The notes: a model not told the origin generated them from the sequence alone. 64,000 nt of DNA from Patescibacteria group bacterium (GCA_041650915.1 JBAZKE010000003.1:21226-85225), one strand, 5' to 3'. Counted from the first letter of the stretch, positions 9,773-19,290 are shown. Program-made: numbers and translations.

Positions 9773-10729
9773 TCAATTTTTTTTCAGTTCGTCGTACAGG
9801 ACGAGGATCGTCCAGAACGGCAGAAGAGAGACGTACGGTATGAATTCCGCTACGGCTCCGATCGCATACCGGCGCACTTTTTTTACCATTTTGCCGCGAA
9901 CGCCCGACCCGCGGTAGACGAGTATGACGGTGAGCGCCGATGTTATGGCGATGTTGAGCAGTGCGGCGGTTAATCCGACGTCGAAGTACTGGGTTATGAT
10001 GTCGTATGTGTCTTTTGAGAGTGTGAGGCCGATCGTGAGCATGAAGAGCGGCTGAATGAGAGTTCTTGCGATAGCGCCGACGTTCATGAGTTTTGCGGCA
10101 ACCTTTGCCGCGCTCTGGAGCTTCTTTTTTGCATTGAGAGCTTTTTGTGTAGCTGCTGCCGCTTTTTCGCCTCCGATTTTTCGTGCCGCCTTGGTGAGCT
10201 TTGAAGTATCGCCTGCCCCCGGCTCTCCTTCCTGCTGCTGAGTTTCTTCGCCCTTGCCCCGCTCGGTCATATTTTCGGGAAGCGTTTGCCCTTGCCTTCT
10301 TTCATTGTTCAGTGCACGTTTTGTTGCAGGTTCGTCTTTCGGCGAGACGCTGAGGTTTTCACGGATACGATCCCTGAGCGTTTCCCGTTTTTCCTCCGGA
10401 GCTCCGGCCGCTGCCTGCTGGGCTGCCGCTGCCAGCTCGTCGGTATCGCCGCGAATGCCTTCCCCGAGCCCGCTTTCCGGGCGGTCCGCAGCTTTTTTGC
10501 CAGTTTCTTCGTCACGGTAGGACTGCAACCCTGCTTCAAGAGCGCCGCGTACCGTGCGATTTTTCGTTTCGCCGTGTGGCACCGATTTTGATTTTGCCGC
10601 CGATCCCACCATGGCCGCAACCCCGTCCTCTGCCGGTACTGAGAGGTTCGTGCCGGCCGCCTGTGCAGCTATTTGGCCCTTGGCGAGGGCTGTGTGAATT
10701 GTATGCGGATCAGAATAAAAATTTGCCAT
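9773..10729 (-). CDS. Hypothetical membrane protein with a Lys/Glu/Ala-rich N-terminal region and C-terminal TM helices.
   Basis: ORF 9773..10768 on the minus strand. The internal Met at 10729 (MANFYS) avoids overlap with the upstream gene that stops at 10737. Hydrophobic C-terminus LIQPLFMLTIGLTL...AITSALTVILVY. Confidence 0.55.
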   Translation of the reverse strand: MANFYSDPHTIHTALAKGQIAAQAAGTNLSVPAEDGVAAMVGSAAKSKSVPHGETKNRTVRGALEAGLQSYRDEETGKKAADRPESGLGEGIRGDTDELAAAAQQAAAGAPEEKRETLRDRIRENLSVSPKDEPATKRALNNERRQGQTLPENMTERGKGEETQQQEGEPGAGDTSKLTKAARKIGGEKAAAATQKALNAKKKLQSAAKVAAKLMNVGAIARTLIQPLFMLTIGLTLSKDTYDIITQYFDVGLTAALLNIAITSALTVILVYRGSGVRGKMVKKVRRYAIGAVAEFIPYVSLLPFWTILVLYDELKKN

Positions 10730-10736
10730 AGGTTTT

Positions 10737-11081
10737 TTAGCCCATTTGCTTCGTGAATTCGTCAGCATTAATGCCGATCTCTACTACCGTTTTGTGCAGG
10801 TTATCTTCTTGGGAAGCCCGCTCGCTGAGCAGTTGCCGCTTGCGTTTGCTATTCATTTCCAGTACGATCGCATCGCTGATTTTTTTTACCGTATCGGCGG
10901 TCTGCAGTGACATTGTTTCTACGAGCTCGTCGAAAGCGCCGATACCGTCTTCGGGCCGGGCGCTTCTTTCGAGCGCACTGATAAAGGCATCCATTTTTTG
11001 GAGGACGTTCCCATCGTACTGCCCGTTAGTACTGCTGAGATATGTCTGTATTTTGTCGTTCAGTATCGTTTTTAAATCCAT
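10737..11081 (-). CDS. Small hypothetical protein (114 aa).
   Basis: Minus-strand ORF directly upstream of 9773..10729. It sits in a divergent arrangement with the promoter region 11082-11346. Confidence 0.5.
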   Translation of the reverse strand: MDLKTILNDKIQTYLSSTNGQYDGNVLQKMDAFISALERSARPEDGIGAFDELVETMSLQTADTVKKISDAIVLEMNSKRKRQLLSERASQEDNLHKTVVEIGINADEFTKQMG

Positions 11082-11234
11082 ATCAATCGCCGTGAAAATA
11101 AGAAAAGTACTGATGTGCTGAAGCGCAGAATTATTTCGGCATGCGCGGTTATAGAATGCTTTACTATTATGATTGTACCATTTTTTTCGATAAAAATCAA
11201 GTTTGGCAGTTGAAAAAAGTTTTTTTGAAATGGT

Positions 11235-11263
11235 TTGATTTTATGTTAAAATTGTGCTATAAT
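11235..11263 (+). promoter_or_regulatory. Sigma70-type promoter TTGATT-17nt-TGcTATAAT (extended -10) driving the + strand T4SS-like operon.
   Basis: -35 TTGATT at 11235-11240 and -10 TATAAT at 11258-11263, preceded by a TGn extension, with 17-nt spacing. It lies in an AT-rich 260-bp divergent intergenic region. Confidence 0.55.
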
Positions 11264-11346
11264 GAAGGCGCTTAATCATCTGCTAATATTGCGATTATTT
11301 TTATCGCTAAAGCCTAAAATAGTTTTTGGATTTTTTACAGGTATGT

Positions 11347-12789
11347 ATGAGTGACGATACAACATCGGACAACAGTTTACCTGAAGGCTTCTTGTTAAAA
11401 GACAAGGCCGGAAAGCTTAAAAAAGTCCTGGACGGGCAGCTGGTTGATTTTCAGGTAGCGCCGCGGGAGGAACAGCCCGCGCCTCAATCCAGCGTGCCCC
11501 CTGTTCCGCCGCATCCGGCATCAACCGCGAGTCTGCCCGCCGGTTTTTCCAGAGAGCCCCGTGCAGTATCGCAAACTATTCCGGCAGAACCGAAAGTTGA
11601 AAGCCGGTTGCCAAGGCCGGCGCTGGCACCGAGCGCGCCAATTTCTTCCTCAAGCAAGGCGCCTTTCCTGATCGAGCCGGAAGACGAGGAGGAGATCAAG
11701 CGGCACGTCAAAGGTTTGGAGCGGATGGCCCCTCGCGAAGAAAAGCCAGCCGGTTCATCTGCCCAGGCAATTATTGATGAGATTCAGCGCGAGTGTGGCA
11801 TCTCTTTTGCAAGCGAAGTGATGAGCACGCGTTTTAAGAAGGTAGTCGAGTCGAGGCTTCGGGAGCTGCGTACCGCCATTGAAGCCCGGGAAGTTTTGAT
11901 GAGGCCGTCCAAGGTCGGAGGCCTCGAGCTCCCTGCTGAAAAAGCTGATGCGGTCGTCAGTGCCGTTAACCAAAAAATCGGCAGGGGGCGCCCGGAGGGC
12001 GGAACCACACAGCACGATGCGATGCTCGGCATGGCTGGGCAATTGTTGGAACAGCCGCAGCAACAGGCTGAGGATCAACGCACAGTGCCGTCCTCTGCTG
12101 CTGGCACCATGGTCCAAGCACCTCCTCCATTCATTCCGCTGCCAAAGCGTGCACCCGAACCGATAGAAAAAATCGAGCCGCAGCCCGCGCCTCCATTGAG
12201 CACGGGGATGGTACAGTTCACGCCTCAGGAGCCGACTGCCACCCCTCAACCTGCGCCCGCCCAAGAGCAGCCCCGGCCGCAGAACATTCCAACGGAGGTA
12301 GCGCCGTCTCCACGGGGTGTAGATGAAGCCGTGCGTGCACCCCGCAGCGTATCTGCAGCAACAGCGAAGCTGTACCGGGAACCTTCGGACGGGATGCCCC
12401 GCAGGGTGCCGATAGCAGATGAAGATGACCGTCCTAAGCTCGTCGATATTAAGGAACTGCGCAAAGTCATCGGGCCCGTGGAAGAGCTCGGGGAGATCGA
12501 CCTCAAAGAATTCCGGCGGCTCGGAACGAACCCCGAGGAAGCTGCCGCGAAAATTGCCGAAAAAATCGATCTGCTCGAGGAAGAATCGTGGCAGCAGCGG
12601 TCTGAGGGCATCAGCGCATGGAAGCAGTCGCCGCTTTTCCTGCGGTACGTATCGCTCGGGCAGGAGAGCCTCACGGGCGGTATCACTCTCGATGAGGTGA
12701 TCCAGAAGCACGTCGCAGGCGGCGGCCTCAACCTGCAGAAAGAAGAATTTATTGCCATTAATGAGCTTAATAGTAGGCTCGGGACATAG
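11347..12789 (+). CDS. Pro/Ala-rich hypothetical protein, first gene of the T4SS-like operon.
   Basis: The ORF 11326..12789 has an in-frame ATG at 11347 (MSDDTTSD). Low-complexity PAPQ-rich centre. Its stop lies 6 nt before the PrgI-like gene. Confidence 0.6.
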   Translation: MSDDTTSDNSLPEGFLLKDKAGKLKKVLDGQLVDFQVAPREEQPAPQSSVPPVPPHPASTASLPAGFSREPRAVSQTIPAEPKVESRLPRPALAPSAPISSSSKAPFLIEPEDEEEIKRHVKGLERMAPREEKPAGSSAQAIIDEIQRECGISFASEVMSTRFKKVVESRLRELRTAIEAREVLMRPSKVGGLELPAEKADAVVSAVNQKIGRGRPEGGTTQHDAMLGMAGQLLEQPQQQAEDQRTVPSSAAGTMVQAPPPFIPLPKRAPEPIEKIEPQPAPPLSTGMVQFTPQEPTATPQPAPAQEQPRPQNIPTEVAPSPRGVDEAVRAPRSVSAATAKLYREPSDGMPRRVPIADEDDRPKLVDIKELRKVIGPVEELGEIDLKEFRRLGTNPEEAAAKIAEKIDLLEEESWQQRSEGISAWKQSPLFLRYVSLGQESLTGGITLDEVIQKHVAGGGLNLQKEEFIAINELNSRLGT

Positions 12790-12794
12790 CACGT

Positions 12795-13220
12795 ATGCAG
12801 CAGTTCGTAGTGCCACAGTTCCTCGACGTCGAGAGTAAAATTATCGGTCCGCTGACCGTGCGCCAGTTTGTGACGTTTCTCATCGGCGCCGGGATGATTT
12901 TTCTCGTCTTTAAGCTGGCGAGCTTTTGGGTCGCCGCTATTGAAGGGCTGTTGATTTTTGCGCTGACCGGCATGTTTGCTTTCTTAAAAATTAACGGTCG
13001 CCCGTTCCACTTTTTTCTGCTGAACATGATGCAGACGCTCCGGCGGCCGACACTCAAAGTATGGAATAAAGCGTATGTAGGTCAGCGCATCAAGGAAGAA
13101 AAGCCCGAGGCGTTGCCTCCCCAGGTACCAAAGAAGCGCCTCACCGTTTCCCGGCTCAATGAACTGTCGCTCGTCGTTGATACCGGCGGCGCATACCAAG
13201 AAGAAATCGATGAGGGATAA
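12795..13220 (+). CDS. PrgI/VirB3-like small membrane protein of a conjugative-type T4SS.
   Basis: The N-terminus MQQFVVPQFLDVESKIIGPLTVRQF matches the conserved PrgI-family motif F.D.E.KI.GPLT.RQF, followed by two TM helices. It lies directly upstream of VirB4. Confidence 0.65.
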   Translation: MQQFVVPQFLDVESKIIGPLTVRQFVTFLIGAGMIFLVFKLASFWVAAIEGLLIFALTGMFAFLKINGRPFHFFLLNMMQTLRRPTLKVWNKAYVGQRIKEEKPEALPPQVPKKRLTVSRLNELSLVVDTGGAYQEEIDEG

Positions 13221-13237
13221 TATTCCCTGTAGCACGT

Positions 13238-13924
13238 ATGGCTGAGAAAAAAGAAACCATCGCAAAAAAAGCGTCAGTAATCTCAACACAGCAGTACCTC
13301 GATATTCTCGAAGTACGCGACGATGCGATTATTCTCCGTGACGGCACCTTGCGCGGGATTATTCTCGTTTCCTCGATCAACTTTGCGCTCAAGTCAGAGG
13401 ATGAACAGAATGCCGTTATCAGCGGGTACGTCCAGTTTTTAAATTCACTCGACTTTCCACTCCAGATACTCATACAATCACGCAAGCTCAACATTGACGA
13501 GTATCTCGATCGCCTCAAGCTGATTGAGAAAGAGCAAACGAACGAGCTGCTGAAAACGCAAACGCGCGAGTACCGGCAGTACATCGCAGAGCTTGTCCAG
13601 CTGGCAGATATCATGACGAAACGTTTCTTTCTCGTGGTGCCGTACTCTGTCGGCTCGATCAAGTCGAAGGGTTTCCTTGCCCGTATGCGCGAGGCGCTCT
13701 CACCCTCGACGGTGATCACCATCAAGCAGAAGAAGTTTGAGAAGCACCGGACAGAGCTTTGGAAGCGCATGGAATACGTGATTGACGGGCTCAGTTCGTT
13801 CGGGCTCAACGGCAAGGCGCTCGATACGCAGGGGCTTATCGAAGTGTTCTATAATACCTACAATCCGGATACGTACGACCAGCAGGAGCTCGTTGACGTC
13901 GGTAAATTAAACCTTGAGCAGTAA
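13238..13924 (+). CDS. VirB4/TraC-family conjugal ATPase, N-terminal fragment (228 aa).
   Basis: ILRDGTLRGIILVSSINFALKSEDEQNAVISGYVQFLNSL is the typical N-terminal domain of CagE/TrbE/VirB4 proteins. It ends with TAA at 13922-13924, 2 nt before the next ATG. Confidence 0.6.
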   Translation: MAEKKETIAKKASVISTQQYLDILEVRDDAIILRDGTLRGIILVSSINFALKSEDEQNAVISGYVQFLNSLDFPLQILIQSRKLNIDEYLDRLKLIEKEQTNELLKTQTREYRQYIAELVQLADIMTKRFFLVVPYSVGSIKSKGFLARMREALSPSTVITIKQKKFEKHRTELWKRMEYVIDGLSSFGLNGKALDTQGLIEVFYNTYNPDTYDQQELVDVGKLNLEQ

Positions 13925-13926
13925 CC

Positions 13927-15807
13927 ATGGTAGAGTTATTTAGAAAAACTAAGTCGCTGCCGACTGAAACCCAGCCGCAGCTCACGAGGGAGGAGCAGGA
14001 ACAGCTCGCCCGTGAGCAGCTCGAAGAGAAGAAGACGATTCTCGAATCAGAGAAGGTATACCGCCGTGGAGTCGTAACGGTCAGGGACCTCATCGCCCCC
14101 GCCGCGATGAAGATCGAATCCCGTTTCCTCGAGCTGGGGTCGAAATTCGTCCGCACGATTTTCGTAGTCGCGTATCCGCGCTACATTCGAGTCGGCTGGT
14201 TCGCGCCGATAATCAACCTCAACGTACCGCTCGATATCTCGATGTTTTTCTATCCGGTCGGCTCAGAAATAATCTTGAAGCAACTTCGGAACAAGACCGG
14301 CGCGCTCGAGGCGCAGATACTCGCCGATGCCGAGAAGGGCGCGCCCCGCGATCCGATCCGGGAAACGGCGCTCCGTGATATTGAGAAGCTGCGCGACGAC
14401 CTGACGCAAGGCATTGAGCGGTTCTTCCAGTTTGCGCTCTATGTGACTATCTACGCTGACGACAAGGAGAGCCTCGATAAGATCAGCGAAAAGGTTGAGT
14501 CTCTATTCGGTTCGCGGCTCGTGTATACGAAGCGCGTCTTTTACCAAGCAGAGCAGGGCTTTAACTCGACGTTGCCGCTCGCGAACGATGAGCTCGGCAT
14601 CGGCTTCAATATGAGCTCTTCACCGTGCGCTTCTTCATTCCCGTTCATCTCGTCTGAGCTGACTTCGGATGACGGCATACTGTACGGCATCAACCGGCAC
14701 AACAATAGCCTGATCCTCTTCGATCGTTTTTCGCTGCAGAATGCGAACGCAGTTGTTTTTGCAACATCCGGCGCCGGCAAGAGCTACGCCGTGAAGCTCG
14801 AAATTCTCAGGAGCATGATGCTCGGCACCGACGTGATCGTCATCGATCCCGAAATGGAGTATAAGTACCTCTCGGATGCTGTCGGCGGAACCTATATAAG
14901 CATTTCGTTGAGTTCGGAGAGCAACATCAACCTTTTCGACCTTCCCCGCCCGACCAGAAAGGATGAGAAGACGAGCGATATCATACGGTCGGCGGTCATC
15001 ACCATCAAAGGCCAGCTGAGGCTTATGCTCGGCGAGTTTACGCACGAAGAGGACTCGGTCATCGACCGCGCGCTCATCGAAACGTACGCAAAAAAAGATA
15101 TTACCGCCGATGCGGACCTCGCACACGCCGAGCCGCCGCTCCTGTCGGACTTCCAGGAAGTGCTCGAGGGCATGGTAGGCGCTGAGCAGCTTGTGACGCG
15201 CCTCAAGAAGTACACCGAAGGAACGTTCGCCGGCCTTCTCAACAATCCGACCAACGTCGAGCTCTCCAACCAGCTCGTCGTATTCTCGGTGCGGGACCTC
15301 GAGGACGAGCTGAAGCCGATCGGCATCTCGCTCATCGTGTCCTACGTGTGGAATACGGTACGCTCCGAGCTTAAGAAGCGCATCATGGTCATCGATGAGG
15401 CGTGGTGGCTCATGCAGCAGGAGGAGTCCGCTAAGTTTATTTACGCGCTCGTCAAGCGGTGCCGCAAGTACTACCTCGGCGTAACGACGATCACGCAGGA
15501 CGTCAACGATTTCCTGCAATCCCCCTACGGCCAGGCGATCGTCACCAACTCGGCGATCCAGCTCCTCATGAAGCAGTCCGAAGCTGCCATTGATCTGATT
15601 GTCAAGACGTTCCTCCTCACCGAAGGGGAGAAGTACCTTTTGCTCGAGTGCGGCGTCGGCGAGGGAATATTTTTCGCCGGCTCAAAGCACGCAGCCATAA
15701 AAATTGTCGCATCGTATACCGAAGACCAGATTATCACCTCTGACCCGCGCCAGCTGCTGGAAATCGAGGCGGCAAAAAAAGAATTTAATGAGGCAGTCGA
15801 GGAGTAG
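13927..15807 (+). CDS. virB4: VirB4/TrbE/CagE-family T4SS ATPase, C-terminal ATPase part (626 aa).
   Basis: Walker A FATSGAGKSYAVK, Walker B-like MVIDEAWWLM, VirB4-typical motifs and size. It is in a different frame from the N-terminal fragment. Confidence 0.75.
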   Translation: MVELFRKTKSLPTETQPQLTREEQEQLAREQLEEKKTILESEKVYRRGVVTVRDLIAPAAMKIESRFLELGSKFVRTIFVVAYPRYIRVGWFAPIINLNVPLDISMFFYPVGSEIILKQLRNKTGALEAQILADAEKGAPRDPIRETALRDIEKLRDDLTQGIERFFQFALYVTIYADDKESLDKISEKVESLFGSRLVYTKRVFYQAEQGFNSTLPLANDELGIGFNMSSSPCASSFPFISSELTSDDGILYGINRHNNSLILFDRFSLQNANAVVFATSGAGKSYAVKLEILRSMMLGTDVIVIDPEMEYKYLSDAVGGTYISISLSSESNINLFDLPRPTRKDEKTSDIIRSAVITIKGQLRLMLGEFTHEEDSVIDRALIETYAKKDITADADLAHAEPPLLSDFQEVLEGMVGAEQLVTRLKKYTEGTFAGLLNNPTNVELSNQLVVFSVRDLEDELKPIGISLIVSYVWNTVRSELKKRIMVIDEAWWLMQQEESAKFIYALVKRCRKYYLGVTTITQDVNDFLQSPYGQAIVTNSAIQLLMKQSEAAIDLIVKTFLLTEGEKYLLLECGVGEGIFFAGSKHAAIKIVASYTEDQIITSDPRQLLEIEAAKKEFNEAVEE

Positions 15808-15862
15808 CGGCATTTGCGCAAGGCGCCCCCGATGGCATACAATATACTAATATAACGCTCGT

Positions 15863-16468
15863 ATGGAACAGCAAAAAAAGAAGGCAATCTATATATGGGT
15901 AATGGTCGGAATCGTGGTAATTCTGATTGGCGTTGTCATGTGGATCCAATTTTTCCGCGAAGCGCCGGTTGACACAGTCCCCGCCGTTAACCAGCCGACG
16001 AATACCATTGCCGCCAATGTTACCGTCGTGAACGCAACCGAAGAGCCTGCCCCTGCCGATGAGGAGATCGACGCCGTGGAGACAGAGGAGCTGACCGTCA
16101 CGAGGCTCGCGATCCTCTTCGCGGAGCGGTTCGGAAGCTACTCGACCGACGCTGCGTATGAGAATATATCCAACCTTAAGGGGTACATGACGGCGTCGAT
16201 GCAAAATTGGGCTGACCAGTACGTCGCCGACCAGCGCGAGCTGGAAGCGGATTCGTATTTCGCGATCGTGACAAAAGCGCGGTCGACGAAGGTGGTTTCC
16301 CTCAGTGACGATGCGGCTTCCGTCGCAGTGACGGCGCAGCGTACTCCAGATGAGCTGAGCGGGCTGAACAGCCCGTTCATCCAGACGATAGTTATTGGCC
16401 TGTCACACGACGGAGAAGCGTGGCTCGTAGAGAGCGCCGTATGGCAGGACCAGGATCTCGGAGAGTAA
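15863..16468 (+). CDS. Membrane-anchored small protein. It is a possible VirB8-like component: a single N-terminal TM plus a ~150-aa globular domain.
   Basis: TM WVMVGIVVILIGVVMWIQFF followed by a soluble domain. Position between VirB4 and the pilin-like gene. No diagnostic motif, so the function call is positional. Confidence 0.4.
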   Translation: MEQQKKKAIYIWVMVGIVVILIGVVMWIQFFREAPVDTVPAVNQPTNTIAANVTVVNATEEPAPADEEIDAVETEELTVTRLAILFAERFGSYSTDAAYENISNLKGYMTASMQNWADQYVADQRELEADSYFAIVTKARSTKVVSLSDDAASVAVTAQRTPDELSGLNSPFIQTIVIGLSHDGEAWLVESAVWQDQDLGE

Positions 16469-16506
16469 GAAAACATCCGGCATTATTTTTTATTGCATAC
16501 CGAACC

Positions 16507-17934
16507 ATGGCACGACAGAAGAACATACTACTATTCGGCGCGCTGCTGGCAGTGATGGCCTGCAGCCTCATACTCGCCTCGCTGCCGCTGCAGGCAGCCG
16601 CCCAAGAGGGCGAGGAGGCGGCTGCTGATGAGTGCGCGTTTGACTGCAATGGGGATTCTGACAGCTACGTCCGGCTCAACATCGTGATCCCCGGCGTCGC
16701 TCCGATGACGCCGTGCGGCTTTCCCGCGGTGAAGAATATGCAGTGCTTCATACGGGGGATGTACATCTACTTCGCGTGGACCGCGGGCATCCTCGCGACG
16801 GCCATGATCATGTTCGGCGGCTTCAAGTATGTCGTTTCGTTCGGCAGCCCGACGAAGGTCGCCGATGCAAAGGATACCATCATCTCAGCCATGATCGGCC
16901 TTGCGCTCCTCCTCGCGTCGTATACGATCCTGTACTTTATCAATCCGAACATCGTTAACCTCAAGGACCTTGATCTGCAGAGCATCGGCGCGCTCAAAGA
17001 GGGCGTTATCTGGTGTGAAGATATCGCGCCGGGTGGGGCACAAGAGCAGTTGCTCGATCCGCAGCTTGATCCGATGGATGCAAATAACCGTCCACGTCCC
17101 ATAGATCTCGGTGAAACGTGGGATACTTCGCAATTGAAGTGCGGGGTTGAGGGATTGATGGTATATACGGACGGCCATGAGCAGCCTTGCGTATACCAGG
17201 GAGCATATAGCGGTGCAGGTTGTCCAGACCAGAATGGATCACAGACAGTGTGTGCGCCTGATTACCTGACCGGCGAAGGGTTTAAGTGCGTGGAGCCCGA
17301 ACGGTACTGCACATTCGCGTTTGCCGGCACGTGCGAGCGGGTTGATGAGGTTTTTCAAACGCAGCCGCAATTTGGGGCGGGCTTATGCGAGGCGAGCAGG
17401 GACGGATCGGGCTGCATTTACCGTGATTCGGATGTGCTCAGTTGTGAGGAAGCGCAGCATGAGAATTACTACCAGGTGTACTGCGATACGGGGAATAACC
17501 TGCAGCGGGGCACCGGGCAGAATACGGACTGCTGGGGCATCGGAGATCCAACGGAACCCGAATACCGCAACGAGCCGGATGAGTCGAGCGTATGGAACGG
17601 CCACACGAGGAAGTGCGTCGACCGGCGGACCGGCGGGTACGACTGGGCGATCTGCTGCCTCGAGCTGTCCAATACCAGCGGGGGTATAGAGTGTCGAAAT
17701 GAGTGCAACAGCGATGAGATCATGGTCGCGAACTGCATCCTGCCGGAACATATCGAAACTCCCGTTATTGAAGACCAGGGTTTGCTCGATGCCTGGGTCA
17801 GAACCATCAGGAATGCAGAAACCGGCAGGATTATTACCGGATGCACGGATGCCCAGCTCAGCCAGAATATGGTGTGCTGCATGGAGATGGAATTTGAATA
17901 TGTAACCAAGCAGGATCCCGAACAGCCCCGATAA
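16507..17934 (+). CDS. T4SS pilin-like (TrbC/VirB2-like) protein with a signal peptide and two hydrophobic helices, fused to a ~330-aa Cys-rich C-terminal extension.
   Basis: In-frame ATG at 16507 gives a signal peptide MARQKNILLFGALLAVMACSLILASLPLQAAAQE. The helices are IYFAWTAGILATAMIMFGGFKYV and TIISAMIGLALLLASYTILYFINPN. The C-terminal extension contains more than 25 Cys. Confidence 0.5.
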   Translation: MARQKNILLFGALLAVMACSLILASLPLQAAAQEGEEAAADECAFDCNGDSDSYVRLNIVIPGVAPMTPCGFPAVKNMQCFIRGMYIYFAWTAGILATAMIMFGGFKYVVSFGSPTKVADAKDTIISAMIGLALLLASYTILYFINPNIVNLKDLDLQSIGALKEGVIWCEDIAPGGAQEQLLDPQLDPMDANNRPRPIDLGETWDTSQLKCGVEGLMVYTDGHEQPCVYQGAYSGAGCPDQNGSQTVCAPDYLTGEGFKCVEPERYCTFAFAGTCERVDEVFQTQPQFGAGLCEASRDGSGCIYRDSDVLSCEEAQHENYYQVYCDTGNNLQRGTGQNTDCWGIGDPTEPEYRNEPDESSVWNGHTRKCVDRRTGGYDWAICCLELSNTSGGIECRNECNSDEIMVANCILPEHIETPVIEDQGLLDAWVRTIRNAETGRIITGCTDAQLSQNMVCCMEMEFEYVTKQDPEQPR

Positions 17935-17957
17935 TACATTACCAATCGCATTGAGCT

Positions 17958-19223
17958 ATGAATCCTAAGCGTATACTTCTCATCGTTTTATTCGTCATCC
18001 TCGTTCTTGCTTTCGGGGCATTCATTTATTTCGTGCTCATACGGGACATCGGCAAGCCGCTCAACATCGGGAACCAGAACGTAAATGGGGCGGCCAATAC
18101 GAATTCATCCCTGCCGGTCATCAACGGCGCGGAAAACGTAAATCAGTATGTGCCGGTGAATGAGAATACGAACGTCCCAACCATCAACACAACGCCGTCC
18201 GTAAACCGCGCGCAGTTTGATCCCGTCGCCGCAGGGGGAGAAACGCAGGCTTCGGTTATTGTCAGTGACCCGTCGCAAGCTGCCGCCCCGGCGGTGGATG
18301 GCAACGGGCTGCGGTACTACGATGCCGATGAGGGCAAGTTTTATACAATTGATAAGGACGGCAATGCCGCGGCACTCTCGGAGCAGACTTTTCCCGAAGC
18401 CCGGGAAATTGAATGGTCGCCGACGAGCAACCAGGCCGTCATCGGATTCCCCGATAATACGAATATTTTATACAATTTCGATACCGGCGTTCAGGTGACG
18501 CTCCCGAAAGAATGGGAGGACATCGAATTTTCAACTACCGGCGATCAGATAGGATTTCTCAACCTGACGGATGACGAACGTGCGCGTTGGCTCGCGACAG
18601 CGAATCCGGACGGCTCTGATGCGCAGCTGCTTGAGCCGCTCGGGGATAACGCGGATGACGTCGATGTGAACTGGTCCCCTTCGGGCCAGGTCGTGGCGCT
18701 TTTCCGTGAATCGTACAACGCTGACGGGCAGGAGGCATTCCTCATCGGGCTGCACGGTGAAAATTTTAAGTCCATCATCACTGACGGACGGGGCTTTGAG
18801 GGGCTCTGGTCCCCTGACGGCAGCAGGCTCCTGTACAATGTTTTCAACGCCGATTCGCGCTACAATCCGGTACTGCACCTCGTTGATGCATCGGGCGATC
18901 TGGTCGGCGCCAATGACGTTAATTTGGAATTGCAGACGTGGGTCAGCAGGTGCGCTTTTTCGAAACTCCATACCTTTGCATATTGCGCCGTGCCCCAGTA
19001 CCTGCCGACCGGGAGCGGATTGTTTCCCGATGCCGCCGGTACGACGAACGACAGCATCTACCGCATCGATACCCGGAACGGATCAAAGACGATTATCGCC
19101 ATGCCCCGCTTTTCCGAAAACGACCAGTATACCGTTGAATCACTCTTTCTCTCAAGCGATGAAGCGACTCTGTACTACGTTGACGGTGAGCAGAGCAAGG
19201 TATTCAGCATTGCGCTGCAGTAG
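17958..19223 (+). CDS. Membrane-anchored TolB-like/PD40 beta-propeller protein.
   Basis: N-terminal TM LLIVLFVILVLAFGAFIYFVLI. Repeats EWSPTSNQAV, WSPSGQVVALF, WSPDGSRLLY. Confidence 0.6.
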   Translation: MNPKRILLIVLFVILVLAFGAFIYFVLIRDIGKPLNIGNQNVNGAANTNSSLPVINGAENVNQYVPVNENTNVPTINTTPSVNRAQFDPVAAGGETQASVIVSDPSQAAAPAVDGNGLRYYDADEGKFYTIDKDGNAAALSEQTFPEAREIEWSPTSNQAVIGFPDNTNILYNFDTGVQVTLPKEWEDIEFSTTGDQIGFLNLTDDERARWLATANPDGSDAQLLEPLGDNADDVDVNWSPSGQVVALFRESYNADGQEAFLIGLHGENFKSIITDGRGFEGLWSPDGSRLLYNVFNADSRYNPVLHLVDASGDLVGANDVNLELQTWVSRCAFSKLHTFAYCAVPQYLPTGSGLFPDAAGTTNDSIYRIDTRNGSKTIIAMPRFSENDQYTVESLFLSSDEATLYYVDGEQSKVFSIALQ

Positions 19224-19290
19224 CACACCGGCGTATGCATTCTGATCCGTACGTATGCCCTGTGCACTTTTTGGATACCGGTAATGAGCT

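Noticed and set aside
13238-13924. Separate small T4SS component (rather than a VirB4 fragment) for the 228-aa ORF
   Set aside because: The sequence matches the VirB4 N-terminal domain specifically and abuts the ATPase part. It is treated as a split virB4 instead.
14635-15519. 294-aa minus-strand ORF inside virB4
   Set aside because: Antisense to a gene with Walker motifs. It is rich in R and L, as expected from reverse-frame GC-rich codons.
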